Source: Eimeria praecox (lineage: Eukaryota). Taken from it: 64,000 bases of DNA. Both the position numbers and the translations under genes were made by a program. Location of the stretch: contig OY986948.1 in assembly GCA_963920595.1 (NCBI GenBank), positions 2,046,001 to 2,110,000 of the forward strand. Reading direction: 5' to 3'. Shown piece by piece: positions 26,332-39,705 of the stretch (the stretch's first letter is position 1; every line of letters begins with the position of its first letter). Under the pieces are notes generated by a model. The model was not told the origin of the DNA, ran no database searches, and saw only the letters and a list, made by a program, of their open reading frames with translations.

Positions 26332-28639
26332 GGAACTTTGGAGGGTAGTGGGGGGAATTGGTAGTGGATTATCTGCCAGGGTGCTGCCCGGTTGGGATTC
26401 GTACTTGGCGGCCAGGCTGTTGGTAATCGTGGGTTGTGCATGTTCGGCTGGCTCCTGCATGCCCCCGACTGGACGCAGTTGTTGACATGGTTTGTCAAGG
26501 GCTCCTTTCACGCGACAGCCGCTCATTCGGCGCTAGTCGGCGACACCCTCGACGTGTTGCGTCGGTATCACTGGCTGGCTGCCAGGGTGTGTGTTCGCCT
26601 GCCAACTAAGCAATTGGCGCTGATGAGTGATCCTGCAGAGCTCGATAATTGAAGTAGGGGTTGGTGCGCCTGCTATAAAAGGCTGTTGTCTAGTTCCTTT
26701 TTAGATGGCCCCTCCCAAGTGGCAAATAACGATGCACTGGACATCGCAGAGAAGATGGCAAGAGGGCTGCCATTGGCTTCATCAGTCTTGATAAGCAGCT
26801 TTTCGCACTGCATATTGCAATGCCGCGCCAGCACCTAGCTCCAAATACATTTTTAAGATTTAAGTCATCATTCGACACTAATTAGGGCCACTTCACATCG
26901 GCTTTAGGACGTAGCTTCCAAATGCTAGTAGATTATGCACCAAAAAAACTCATCTTTAAAAATCCTTCATGAATCGTATTTGGCGGAACGGGAAAGAATT
27001 CTCGCCGGATTTCGGGCATCCCTATTGGGGGGCTGGCAGGAGCGGTTTGGCTAAGTTGCAGAGGGCTACACATTAGCGCATTGAGCGGTGCGTGCTGATG
27101 TCGTACCTCAGCTGTAGATAGGTTATGATGATTACTGCTAGGAATGGTCACAAATATTGCTTTCGAGACACCTTCCCAGCAATTCTTAGCTTTGCAGGGG
27201 TACAAAAGCTATGCATTGCCTCAGTCTTAGGTCAGTGGGGCAAACATTCTGACACCCCGATGATGCATGTACAGCGCATTTTTGTGCCCCTTCTTTCTGT
27301 TTTGCTTTCTCGGCAACGCGAGATACATGTTGGTTCATGCAGCGGACGAAACAGGCGATCTGCGCAGATGAAATAATTGCCGCGGGTTTCGTAACTGACT
27401 CCATAAACTGTACCCAGACCTTGCAGTTCCACTTTAAGTAATGCAGTCCTGCCCATCCGTGTGGGTGTAGGTAGTTCAGTGGAAATTCCTTTTACTAGGT
27501 TAAAGCTTTGAGCACTCGTTTGTGTTTCCATTAGGATGAGTTGTGAAAATTGGTTGATGTTTGAGGCTTTAAGTTGGAGCAAATCCGTGCTTAATCACCC
27601 CAGCGGATTTGCTTTGCCTTGAAAGTTCAACAGTAGTCACGTATGTGTAGTGCATGGAGAGCACGTATTATGGTTAATTGGGGCAATTTTATTATGAAAT
27701 GGGGGAACATGATATAAAATATCAACACCGAAGTTTCCATTTGAGCAGTATTCGCCAATGATTCCTCCCGCCTGGCCGTTTGGAGCGGAGTCTTTCCAGT
27801 GGCGTGTTGCCCAATCTACGTATAATGCATACAGCGACACCGGGGGTATTTCTGGCGATTATCTGTAGAAAACCCCAATCAAACGTTAACAGTGGTTGCG
27901 AACACTAGAGGAAATGTGGGGTTGCTGACCTGATTCGTGAGCGAGTTGTTCCCTTCCACGGGCTGCTGCGCATGCAGGAAGGGATTTGGGGGCCGCAATT
28001 CCTTTTTTGTGCTCTTTTCGTCGCTTCATTAAATCTATTCTTTGTTTCAATGCAAATAATTCATCAAGCCTTTCTAGGCACTGTCCAAGAGAGAACCTCC
28101 CTGTCCACACTTTGGGGCTCGCATATCGTCTACTCAACTCAACCGACGCGCTCAAATCGATCTTTGGGGATAGACACTTCGGCGGGTCTTATTTCTAAAT
28201 TATGCTCGTACTTTACACCGTTTCATGTGCCTCATTCTGAGCACGTGCAGCAGCTTCCAGTCCCTCGGTTACCTCGTCGGTGTTTGCCTGATGCCCTGCA
28301 GCAGCCTGCAAGAACCCCCAAGAGGGCGGCGAATTCCTCGTTCACTTTTCCCTTTTGTTTGTGAAGGGACGGCGCCTGATTTTTAACTGTACTGCGCTGC
28401 ATGGAAAATCTTCACCCTAGAGATCAGCCGCCCCGTTCGTGCAGATTCGGCTGCTGGAAGAAGCCCTTCGAGAACAGATCGGCTGCTGTAGTTGCAACGC
28501 TTGGCTGGAAGTACCGCATGGTCTCAGTAAATTCCTACTCGTGTCATAGGTGCAACTGCAGTTGCGTGCAATCTTTCCTTCGGCGCACTTCGTCGTCTCT
28601 CCTTTTCCCGCATAGACCTCGTGTTCCTGCTTTTCAATA

Positions 28640-30707
28640 ATGCTTGACTCACTTTATGGGGACTTGCCTCCCCCTACGAAGGGGGATGGCTCAGACAAAG
28701 GCACATCTACTCCGGCGCCCAGTGGATCGTTGTTAGGCTCTCTGTACGATGACCCCGACGACCCTAATGAGGCTTCCACAACAACAGGCGCCTCATCATC
28801 CAATTCGAGTGGTTCCGCTGCAGCCGCCGCTGCAGCCGCCGCTGCAGCAGCGGCTGCTGCTACTGCTGCTACTGCAGAGACGAACAATTCCAGCACCGCC
28901 ATGTGGGCTAGTCAGCGGCTGAAGCTCTTGACACCGGCCGTTGTACGGCGGCAGAGTTTGGCAAAGGCAGCACCTAAATCGTCTCCGTCTTTGAACGTAC
29001 AGGCTGCTGCAGCAGACGCAGCTCTTGTTTTAGAACGGCTCAAGAAGCTGCATGCGGGGGTTTTGGCGGAAGAACAGAAACCAGATGCAGCTGGTGCCGC
29101 ACGGGCTTCAGGGGCAGGTGCGAGCGCTGCTAGCAAAGGTGGAGATGCTGCAGCAGGAACAGGGGAATCCAGCAAGGGCCAGGCTGAACCTGCTGTCAAT
29201 GCAGTGTCTTTAACTTTGGGCAGCAACACTCCTTTAGACCCGACAACATGGGTGCCTGTTGGCCTTTGGCCGCAGGAGTATGATCCCTCCAAACCGAACG
29301 ACTACACTGCAATTCACAAGGAGAAAATGAGACAGCAGCAGAGAGAAGAGCTGGAAAGGCTGCGCCAACAGGAGTTGGAGAAGCAGAAACAAGATGAAGA
29401 GGCTTCTCGCAACGGTACGGGCCTAGCAGCGACCATTTTGCTGTTTCCGGCTACAGCGCATGCACATTTCGCAGTATTGAGGCTCTGTGGTTCGCCTGCC
29501 TGAAGCATTAAACAGTAGCTCGAGGAGATTTCATTTGAAGCGCATGTTTACTGTTTGCGTGTTGTGTGCGCCTGTTTGATGTTTCACTGCCATATTGAAG
29601 GAACAGGTGAAGGGGGCGATGCAGCGACCTCCCCTGAGCCTCAGGCGCCTCTTCTTCCGTCGTATATCGATCCCAATAAGAAGACATTTGCTGCGCGGAT
29701 GATGGAGAAGATGGGCTGGAAGCAGGGGGAGGGGTTGGGCGCCAATAAGCAGGGAATAACGGCTCCTCTCGTGGCGAGGAAAACGGCAATGAGGAGCGGT
29801 ATTATTGTGCAGGTAAACATCGGAGGGACTAGTTCGTGTGTTTATTAGGTAGTGTATTGAACAGAGATGCGTACTTGACATACTTCACAGATGGTTTACT
29901 TTGTAGAAGTCACACGAAAGGCCGGAACTCATTCTCTTTCGACTCTAGAAGAAAAGGCACTGTTGATATAGACAATTCCTTGCCTCTGCTTCATCTCAAG
30001 CCTTGTGCTTATAGCAGGTTTATCCAGAAGCATGTAGATGCCCTTTGGTGCATTTCATACTACTGCGATAAAAGCGCACAGGGATGTAAATTAGATAGCA
30101 CGGGAGGCAGCACAGGATAGGCAAAAGTGTGCTTGTGTGCCATGTCTGCGGACACTGGAGGGGAACGGTGTTTCTGTGCTTCTGTATCCTTGTGTATCTG
30201 TGTCTGGCGCGTATGGCTGGCACAGAAAGAACATATGAGCAGCTTTGGGGTTTTGCCACCCTATCTGGATTCTGATTATGAATTGACGCTGTTTTCTATG
30301 CTGCCGTTCGACAGGGTCATGACGTAACGTCACTTGGTCAAGTACCGCGGGCGGTGACGTTCAACATGGCGCCGACACGCATTTTGCTGCTGCTAAACAT
30401 GGTCGGTAGGGGTCAGGTAGACGCCGATCTGAAAGAAGAGACAGAGGAAGAGGCAGCGAAGTTGGGAAACCTGCTCCAAGTCCGCATATTTGAGGCTGCG
30501 GGGGTGCCAGATGACTGCGCTGTCCGGATTTTCTGTGAATACGAGAGAAAAGAAGAGGCGACGCGAGCCCTGCTCACGTTCCATGGGCGTGCATTTGGCG
30601 GACGCACAGTGAAGGCAAAATTTTACAGTGAAGAGCGGTTCGCTAGAGACGATTTGCGCCCAGATCCTGAACAGGAAGTGGACCAGCATGTCACTGTGAC
30701 TATCTGA
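28640..30707 (+). CDS. SPF45: Splicing factor 45 / DRT111-like (SPF45 motif, G-patch, UHM-RRM), ~459 aa, 3 exons
   Basis: Exons 28640-29414, 29601-29812, 30315-30707 in phase; EYDPSKPNDY, G-patch FAARMMEKMGWKQGEGLGANKQGITAPL, UHM TRILLLLNMVG...AVRIFCEY...GRAFGGRTV. Confidence 0.92.
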
Positions 30708-31416
30708 GCCTTCCGTGTGGTCTCTTCAGACAACACGCAAATCAAAGCAAGCCGCCAAAGGACGGGGGGCTCCAAGGGATAAGCACTTAGTGTTAACAGA
30801 AGCGACGCTCGACGCTCCAGGTTGCATATTAAGCTAGCTGGACGAATTCACGGATGCATGCAACACTTCAAGCTAACCCAAAGTGCACTGGGGCCTTTGC
30901 GTTTCTTCTTGAGGTAGTATGCGTCGTATGCAGCGACAGCATTCGTTGCGTAACACCCTCGGAAGGCGCCTGAACACTTCACGACGGTGAATGAAAGCTT
31001 TATCTTCGTTAGCTGTCGTCATTTCGCTTTAAGCACCGACATAGTCCGAACAAGCAGGGCAGCAGGAGCTGAACCTTGACTGGCATTTGTAACGATTACG
31101 CATACCCCGTTCTGGCTTTTCTAGGATTCTGCGTGCACGCTGAACGCCCATGTAGGAGCGTCTGGCCGCCTATTGGCTGTAGGGCTTGCAATTACTTTAC
31201 AACTCCGTTAGCATCAAGCAGTTTTACAAAAGGCATATTCGCAGTGTCGACACACCTAAGCGTCAAAAGGCCTGCAAAGCCAGAGAAGGCACTTTTTCTG
31301 CGGGGTAGCGAACAAATGAATTCGACCAGACAGCAGCAAGCGCGTCGTCTGGGGAAGCCTAAGAGGCTTTTTTTGCAGAATCAGTGATTTTTCGCGTTTG
31401 ACAGGCAGAGGCCTTC

Positions 31417-32154
31417 TCACCCTGTATTCCGACCATCTGCACTGTTCGCGGTAGGCCCTGCTGCGGGGCCTTCGTTTGATTCGGGCATGTAAGTCTCGAA
31501 ACGTCTGACTATGGCATCCGCACGGTGTTTTAGGATAAGGTTGGTGGTACGAGAATCGAAGGGAAACGACGTGCTCTCCCCTGGGTGGAAGAATTGCTTC
31601 CTCACTTCTTCTTGCTTGAGGAATAGTTTTGCTTCAGCTGCATGGACATTGAGGAACATCTGTTTGCACCATTTCATGAGCTCTCTGAGGTAGATACCAT
31701 CTCCTTCCTTTGATTTGTCGATGAATCCCTTGATTTCAACCATGTATTTAAATAAGCGCACCTGGCGAAGGCCCAAAGCACGAGCCCGCTCCAAGTCGTT
31801 CACCATCTCCTTCCGTACTTCTTCCGGGACCTTTTCTGCATGAGTGTCCGTCCACGAAACAATTGATGAGTCTATGAGCAAATTGACCTTCTCCTCGGTA
31901 GGCGTAATTAGCTCCTCAAACAATGCGGGCGAAACCTCCCACCCATCCAACGCCTCTTCTAGGCTCAAGGTAGCATCCTCAGCTACAGGAGCATCTAGAG
32001 GACCATCCCGCAAGGCAAAGGGGGCCAGAGTTCTCTCAAGTTCCTCTAAAGCTGCCGTTTCATCGCTCTCTAAAGAAGCTGAGTAACGAAGCCTGCCCAC
32101 TAAGACAACCAGGCCGAGCCCTCCAAAGAGCTCCCGCCTGGGAATGAGCCCCAT
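31417..32154 (-). CDS. Single-exon hypothetical protein, 245 aa, possible signal peptide
   Basis: Uninterrupted ORF from ATG 32154; N-terminal hydrophobic stretch LFGGLGLVVLVG followed by an acidic, helical-looking body; no family recognised. Confidence 0.75.
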   Translation of the reverse strand: MGLIPRRELFGGLGLVVLVGRLRYSASLESDETAALEELERTLAPFALRDGPLDAPVAEDATLSLEEALDGWEVSPALFEELITPTEEKVNLLIDSSIVSWTDTHAEKVPEEVRKEMVNDLERARALGLRQVRLFKYMVEIKGFIDKSKEGDGIYLRELMKWCKQMFLNVHAAEAKLFLKQEEVRKQFFHPGESTSFPFDSRTTNLILKHRADAIVRRFETYMPESNEGPAAGPTANSADGRNTG

Positions 32155-34659
32155 CTCTCGAAAAAGAAGTAAATCCAGATTTAGAGAGACAAAATAAGAG
32201 TAAGCATGAGGGATAAGCGCAAGAACATGCTGCAAGCGCTCTACCAGTAAACGCTCGAGAGGCCAGCGGAGAATGGTCAAGGGCAAACGTGCTCGCTTTA
32301 CGGCACTGCGACTGCCTCAGCGGCACTTCTCCACCCAGCCGAGCAATAATTTTAATTGACAAAAACTTATTTTAAACGTGTTCAAGGCATAAATCCACTA
32401 GTGTGCATGCCCATACTTCCTCTACACGGCAGCTACGCGCAGCCAGGAAGTGACCTGCTCAGCTTACTACAATTGAACAGTGAATCTTGGTGCTGTCCCA
32501 ACACTTTTTTCTTGTGCGCAAATTAGGCCAGTTATAATTACCTTCACTGGTCATGCGTGCTTGAGGCTTTCCCTAGCTTCCACGGCTCGTGTTAGCATAA
32601 CCCGAAACACAGAAGAACGAACTTCGTAGATCACAGCCGCAGGCTTGAGATAATTGGCAACTGTGTTTGAATTCCATCTTTTGCTGCACGCGCTTATAAC
32701 ATTATTATACTGTATAGTTCCTCTACGCTGCAGAGTACGCTGCAGCTCATAGTTTGCTTCGTGCAACTGACTGGGGGCAGGGGAGGAACCATAGAACCTA
32801 GCTTTGACCGCCCCAGAAGAACGATACTGCCGAACTACCTCCAAGAGGAAGGCATCATCGCGTGCAGTTCTACCAGATTAAAAACGTTTTGCTCAACGTC
32901 TAGTTTGCTGCATTGTCTGGTTCACTACACCTTTCGGAAGGCTCCCGCATCGTCCCAGGCGCACTAGAAAGGCTGCCGAGATGTACATTCGAGCCATTCT
33001 CGAAATTTTCCTTTTGAAGGCGCGCCCTTTCTCCCGTCTTTCTCTACTGGCTTGCCCGTTGCAGGCATATTTCGTGCCGGCTACACTGTTGTCCGGTGCA
33101 CTTAACTTCTGAAGTCCCTAGCGAAAATGCCAGATTCGACGTCCCTTCTCTCCTCTCTTTTGCACCGTGGGTTCAATGTGAATGTTCAGCTGCACACTGA
33201 ATTGCACAGTCACGCAAATCTAGCTAGTGCAGAGAAACAGACGCTTACACCTGCAAAGCCTAGAAAGCATTGACGTCACAAGTAGTCAGCGGAAGACTCT
33301 CACGAACTACCGAAAAAGTTCCATGAGGAAAACCTCTGAATAAGAGTTGCCATTGGTGTGGAGAGGAGCAGCGTACCCCCCAGCAAAAAAGGGTTTTGGT
33401 GTTCAAGTGCAAAAATAAATGCACATATACTATACAACCGAGGCGCAAACGTTCTTGTACACCAGCTCGGCCACGCATCGATTACACTGCCTGAGCGACT
33501 CCCCCTCGCTTTTTGCAACAGTGCCAGAATGTCCGCATTCTCCGTTGACGGAGCTCAGAGCCCAGTAGTCTATTAAGACTGCCAAGGCTCTTTGAGGCCC
33601 CCAGTAGCAGCGTTCTGTGTTTGTGCATTAACATGCCGCATGTACATACGTATCTACTATACCCAGTGAAGGGGAATGGAATATATACAGAAACTGCTCA
33701 AGACAAAAAAGCATCCCATTTTCTGGGATGGCGCCTGCCATATACGGAAGAATCAAGATGTGCATGGGCGCCGAGATACCCCTTGCAGCCTTTCAAGTCT
33801 GTCTATTGCCAATAACGGCTTCGCCCCACCTTCCTGCTCCAACTCGGCTCGTCTTCATTTGGTGTCAATTCGAATGCATGCTTCGTTGCGTCTTTGAGAG
33901 ATGAAGTTGCAGGAGAAAGTTGCAGGAGCGGGTGCGTCCACATAATAAGCTGGCTCATGAAACTGCAGCTGAAAATACGTGAACGAACACCCATGTAGCT
34001 GCATTACGCTGGAAAGGCACCACCATGGCATCTTCACATCTAACCACTCCAGAGATGCTGCCGCTGAACAGCAGAGCGGCAGGTAGGGGCAGTACGCGTC
34101 GCTTTGCGCTGCGGAATACTCCGGGGCTCCGCATCTGGAAGGGCGGCGTTCTGTTGTTGTGGGATGCGTGGTAGCAGGCAAAAACGCAGGCCACCGATTA
34201 GTAAAGGTTCTCGCAAGTGTACAAGCGGATCTGTCCATAACCTCCCTTGGTACAAAACCCTCGTATATGATTTACCGTAAACCCCCAGCCTCCTCTTCCT
34301 CCGGATCGCTGCTGGCGCAACACAAACGGGTGGATCGGCAAAGCTCGATGTCAGTGAAGGTAATCCCAATGAAAGGGAAGGATAGGAGTGCGCTTGAGTG
34401 GCCAATCCAGCCCAAGAGCGCCGCTTGCCATCACACCCGCCCTCTCCCAGTTCAGCACCTCCAGCAATTGTGCGGCTACGCTTCTCCTATTCACTGCGAT
34501 GCTGTAACACGATGGTGCTGAAAGCCACCCTCTGCCTTAGGGATCTGATACTGGGTGTGCGAAACTAAAAGGCTACCACATTTTTGTAAACAGCCTAATG
34601 CAGCCCCATAGTGATGACGTAAAGAAACAACTGAATTAGCAAAGGCTTCTGTGCAGATC

Positions 34660-35300
34660 TTACTCGTTAAAGGCCCCCTCCTCCTCATCCTCCGGGTCAG
34701 AATTGCGGCGGCTGTAGAAGTTGTAGGGGTGGACTGGCAACAGAGCATGGATGAGCATGTTCAGGACTCCCGATATGATCATCAAGACGCCTCCCCACAA
34801 ACCCAGGGTATCTACACCAAGGGGTAGCAACCCAACCCTGAACAGACACACACATCAAAATAACAGGGCTCGCTGCTTCAGCTAGTAGTGTGGCGTGCAG
34901 CGAACAGATGGACCACACGACTAGGAGGCATCCGGTCAATTCTTCCTCCCAGCAGCAGCCAGTTAGAAAGGTCTGCCGCCTTATCAGCACCAAACACTCA
35001 CAAAGACCGTTGTTCTTCCCTTTAGGGGGTGGCTGGTGCAACTTACAAAACGTAGAGGATGCCTCTAAAGAAATATTCCCCTAAAAGAGGGCAAACGCCC
35101 ATAAGGACATTGAGCCCGTAGGGGGAGAACTCGCAAAGTAGACAGATGGAGGAAAAGCAAATGAGGTAAAGGCATACAATGCAGCTAGTGTAATCCGCTG
35201 GAGCTGCAACAGATGCAATACTTCCAGTCATCAGAATGAAGGCAGATGCCGCAGTGAATAGCCGCACCCCCAAGGGCAGCCGTTCTACTAACGCCTCCAT
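34660..35300 (-). CDS. COPI-associated / TVP15-like multi-pass Golgi membrane protein, ~143 aa, 2 exons
   Basis: Exons 35300-35047 and 34837-34660 join in phase 2; about four hydrophobic helices, YFFRGILYVLVG motif, acidic C-terminal tail. Confidence 0.78.
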
Positions 35301-36754
35301 CTTCCCTCTTGCGTTTTAGGCGTGTACCGACCCCAAAGGTAGACAGCTCCCGAGAAACCGAGCTTCTGCAGATGAATTAACACCGGCGGTGGCCCTTCGC
35401 CCCCAAGCCCCTAAATAGCTCCGGTATCTTTGTAGCAGAGGCGCAGTTGACGGGGGTCAGGGGAAGCGTTTGGACCTATAAATAACCAGAAACTGTGACC
35501 ACTGGTCACTTATGTTGGACCAGTGGGCCTACTAAGGGCAAATGCCACGTCAAGAAACAACCATACAGGCCACGCTGAGAGGCAGTACGCCTCAGGTAAC
35601 TCAGTGTGGGCTTCACAAGAAGTCTGGCAATAACACACTAGAGGCCAAGGTAAATAGAACTTCTTACGGTGCAGGGGGTTGCGGGCGACAGACAAACAAT
35701 CACACGCCCACAAGAAAAATCAGACAAGAGCAGGCTTTGCAGCCCACCACTAATGATCAAATTCTTCTAATGCGTATAGGGTGGATTTTCATGGCACAAT
35801 TCAAGCAAAAGGAATGAACAGGACACCAACTCCTCTAATTTACACTTTGATTGATGCATGCGCCCCCGGGAACTGCAGCTCGTGAAAGCCCCAAACGGGC
35901 AGGTAACTCATGCATGTGCCTTCTCTTAAAGAATTTGGCTTTTACTAGATCATAGGGATGTGTTACAGTGAAATATCGCATTTAATGCATATGATACGTT
36001 GAGAATGCTGCCCTGCGCAGCATATCTGTGGATCTGAAACCCTGCATTTCTGAACGCGTGCAAGAGTTCTGCGCTCTGTGCCATCAAAGCCAGCTGCCCA
36101 CAAATTATTCTAGTGAAATGATTTAAACAATTTGCTGTAAAACACTGTTCTATGAAAAATACATATTTATTTCCTTGAGTGCAGGCCTCCCTAGCGGGGA
36201 AGGTAGTACATATCGGTGCCCTTGACTGTGTTTACTTCTGGTTTGGATGAATTTGAGTAAAAGCGACCGACTGAATGGTACCTTCTGCACTTTGTTTTTC
36301 TCAAAACTCCTCCGAAGCCAGGCTACAACAGAATTGAGGTCTGTTCCCGTGTGTCCCCTCCTAAGCTGCTGCAGCTAGTTGTGGGGAAGTGCTTTTGGCG
36401 CCGAAGTGTTCACGTCTCCTTCATTTCCACTCTAGGCGAGTTAAATCTACTTTCGCTATCGGAGTAGAGAAATGCTGGGGGATTTAGCCGGTGAACGGCT
36501 CAATGCTGACTGCAGTGGGCACACCGGAGGCTGCTGCAAATCAGCACCTGAAACTTGCTGTCTACAAATCCGTAGCTGACTTATGGCTGGCAGAATTACC
36601 TGGCTTTGCAAGCAGCATTCCAGCGAGGCAATCGTATACTACGTTTGAAGAGATACACACAGTAATAGTCGCACTTGACGAGTTACTGCCTTGACAAAAA
36701 TACGCATAAACGGCTGTCAGCTGAGCGGCAGGGCGCCTGGCCCGAGCGTTACCA

Positions 36755-36997
36755 CATTTGTTTTTCCTCCATCTGTCTACTTTGCAGGTTCTCCCCCTAT
36801 GGGCTCAATGTCCTCATGGTAGTCTCATTTAGGGGAGAATTTTTTCAGAGGCATCTTCTTTTTGAAAGGTGCACCAGGCACCCCCTAAAGGGAAGATCAG
36901 CAGCCTTTGTGCGTGTTTGTGGCTGATAAGGTTTCGCAGCTTTCTTATTGGCTGCTGCTGGATGGGAGAATTGGCCTAATGCCTCGGAGTCCTGTGG
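36755..36997 (+). pseudogene. Inverted, diverged partial copy of the COPI-associated gene (3' half of exon 1 plus part of intron 1)
   Basis: Encodes ICFSSICLLCRFSPYGLNVLM matching ICFSSICLLCEFSPYGLNVLM; DNA similarity continues through intronic ccccctaaagggaa and attggctgctgctgg (source ~34913-35163) with indels and loss of the gtaagt donor. Confidence 0.88.
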
Positions 36998-37459
36998 GGG
37001 AGGCCTAAGCATTCTGTTTCAATCAACCCAGGCCCCGCTTACACGTGCCGCTTGGCTTGGTGTTAGAATCAGTAAGCAAGACGAGTTCGAGTTAGAATGA
37101 AACTAACAAGGGTATACCATTCCTTTATCACTTTTTTTCTCACTTAATTGGCAAGGGTGCTGCAAGAAACCGTTCCCCCCAAAATGCCCTGTAATGCTTG
37201 AGGGGCGTACCTGTCCCTACATTTCCAGTTTCCAAATGATTCCACTGTTCGTCTACTGTCAACCTGAGCCAACGAAATATAATCTACAAATACTAACTCG
37301 GGGCCTGCCAGCAAATCTGTTGCAACGAATACGATGGCACTGAGAACAAATTATCGCCGCTTGGCATCAGAGCTGCGAATACACCCTGTGGTGCACACGC
37401 TTCTCTGTAGCAGCTTTTGAGTCCTCCTCATGGGCTTGCCCTTCGCAACACCACCCTCC

Positions 37460-38400
37460 TGTGGTATACGTTTGGTATGCAGATGCGACTATGCTTGGCA
37501 AAGGTCTTGGGTATGAGAAACTGCTGCGGCTGTGTGGCACGGCACATGTAAGGAATGTTCCTGACTGTGCTAAACACAGCCTAAAATGGCAAAGGGAAAT
37601 TTCCCATAGCAAATCAAGTACACGCTGGGATCGGCAGCTGCGGCGCAGTGCCTACACAGCAGGCGAAACCTTTGCAATCAACTTTTCTATTCTTCGAAAG
37701 GTGCTTTATAGCCAACCACTGCAGGAACTTGACAAAAAGGGAAAACAGGCTCCGTTTGTTCCGGAGCTTCAAGTCGAATGAGTAACCAGACAGACCACCA
37801 GGAGGCAGCGATTGCAGAAGAAGGGGAAAATGGAAGGAGGGAAAACCAACAGAACTCAAAATAGATAATTAAATGGGCTATGCGAGCATCAGAGGCTGTC
37901 TGGAAGGCCCTAGAATTGCACTCCAACAACAATATGGACGAGAGGACTTCAAAACCTGCAACAGAGCATTATCCTCTCGTGAAGTCTCTATCTGACAGAA
38001 GACGACCGAAGTTGGTACAAGCAGCTCGAACAGTAGCAAACGGTGCGTCTCTAGAGCAGCAAGGGTGCAACGTCCCTGGTGTGCTGAAGAGCTACCACCA
38101 AGGTGGGGTGCTTCAGAAACAATGACGCGCTCCCCGTGCCCCCCCGTTACTCAAACTGGGTCATCACCGTAATCCATTGTACAACAACCCCACCCACCGC
38201 CTATTCTGGCTGGCAGCTTGGACGCCTGAATGACACTGGGAGAGTGGCAGAGGCCCTTGCAAGGGCAACAGCAGCATATGCAACGCAAAAGCATGCACAA
38301 CAGCTGCACGATGAGAAGTACACAAAGAATTGGGATAAAGAGAATGAACAAGATCAGAGAAAGAATGAACATTTTCCGTTGGTGTGCTTTCTCCAAAAGC
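37460..38400 (+). mobile_element. Probable decayed LTR-retrotransposon integrase remnant
   Basis: Broken frames give GLGYEKLLRLC..HVRNVPDC (resembles the integrase Zn-binding GH.G..KT...V..C..C region), VWKALELH and VAEALARATAAYA; no intact DDE, RT or LTRs seen. Confidence 0.4.
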
Positions 38401-39639
38401 CAGCGACGGAGGTGAACCAGCGCTTCAGGTGCTAGTCAAATGGGTTGCAAACGTCTTAATAATCAAATTCTTTGTATTTTGAAACACATTCAACAGACCA
38501 ACAATTCAAGCATAAGAAGGAATTCAGCATCTGGCTGCGTAGAGTTCGAGGTCACTGAGGCTCAGCAGGGACGGCGGCCCGACCGACAGAACACTGCACA
38601 AAAAGGAATATATCAAGAAAAAAAAGACATGATCTCCTAAAATATGTTTACATAAACGTAGAAGGTATCGCAAAACAAACAACCATCGGCATTTCACACA
38701 TACAGAATACGTATTTCAGTATATTCGGGCAGTGTTTCAGTTCATTCACATGCACACCGCAAACACACGTCCTGCCAAGTAAGAAGGAAGCAAACTCTTG
38801 AGCCTTCAAGTGTGTGGCAAAATAATGGGGTAGATAAGGAAAAGTTCAAAATCCCACAACAGCTGGTTATCCTGTGCTCCTCACCAAAGACCACCGGTGA
38901 CACCCGATGGTATCGCCGTAGCAGGGTCCATTTAGTGCGCCGTTGCCGCTGTCCACAGCTCCAGGCCATCCCCAAAAGAATTTATATCCGAGCTAAGTCA
39001 CACCGTAGCAACGCCTGTGGAGGTATCTGTCAAAATCTGATGCACGCACCCGTATGACAAGTAAGCGTGCTTTGCAGAGACGCACAAACAAATGAGTAGG
39101 GCTAGTGAAGATCCCACGAGCCCACAAACATCCGACAAATCAGGCCTTGAGAAAGGCCTCGTACTGGCTGGTTATAGCTTCCTTTATCAAGACAGGAAAG
39201 CGCAGCCCGCATGCATGCGTGACCAAACCAAATGTGCAGCGCAGATGTGCAATGCATGGTAGTAAGGTAGCCAGTCTTTGAGTACCTCATGCATCAGGGG
39301 TCAACACAAACTGTCTGAGCCGAGCAACTACGCAGGTGCGGGCTTGATTCTTCCTGGATTCCAAGGCTGGACTTCGTGTTTTATCGTGCTGCAACCGCAC
39401 AGACGATGCTGTTAGGCAATGCCTGCATCCTGATATTTCGATATGCCCAGCCTGTCTTCGACTGTCGCAAAGTTATGCTGCCCCAAGCACTCAGGCACTT
39501 GTAAACGCCTTTACATGTCATATGTACCGCGCGCAGTGGAAACATGCTAGAAGCTTTTGCCGTTAGCGCTGAAGCGCTGTGGCTGCTACAGAACGGGGCT
39601 CTGCCAAGCTTGCTTGCTGAAGATGCAACAACTATGATG

Positions 39640-39642
<3 letters not shown>

Positions 39643-39702
<60 letters not shown>
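39643..39702. repeat. (AT)n microsatellite
   Basis: Pure AT dinucleotide run of ~60 bp. Confidence 0.97.

Positions 39703-39705
<3 letters not shown>

Noticed and set aside
32400..34600. Short ORFs on both strands
   Set aside because: No motifs or coherent exon chain; probably UTR or intergenic.
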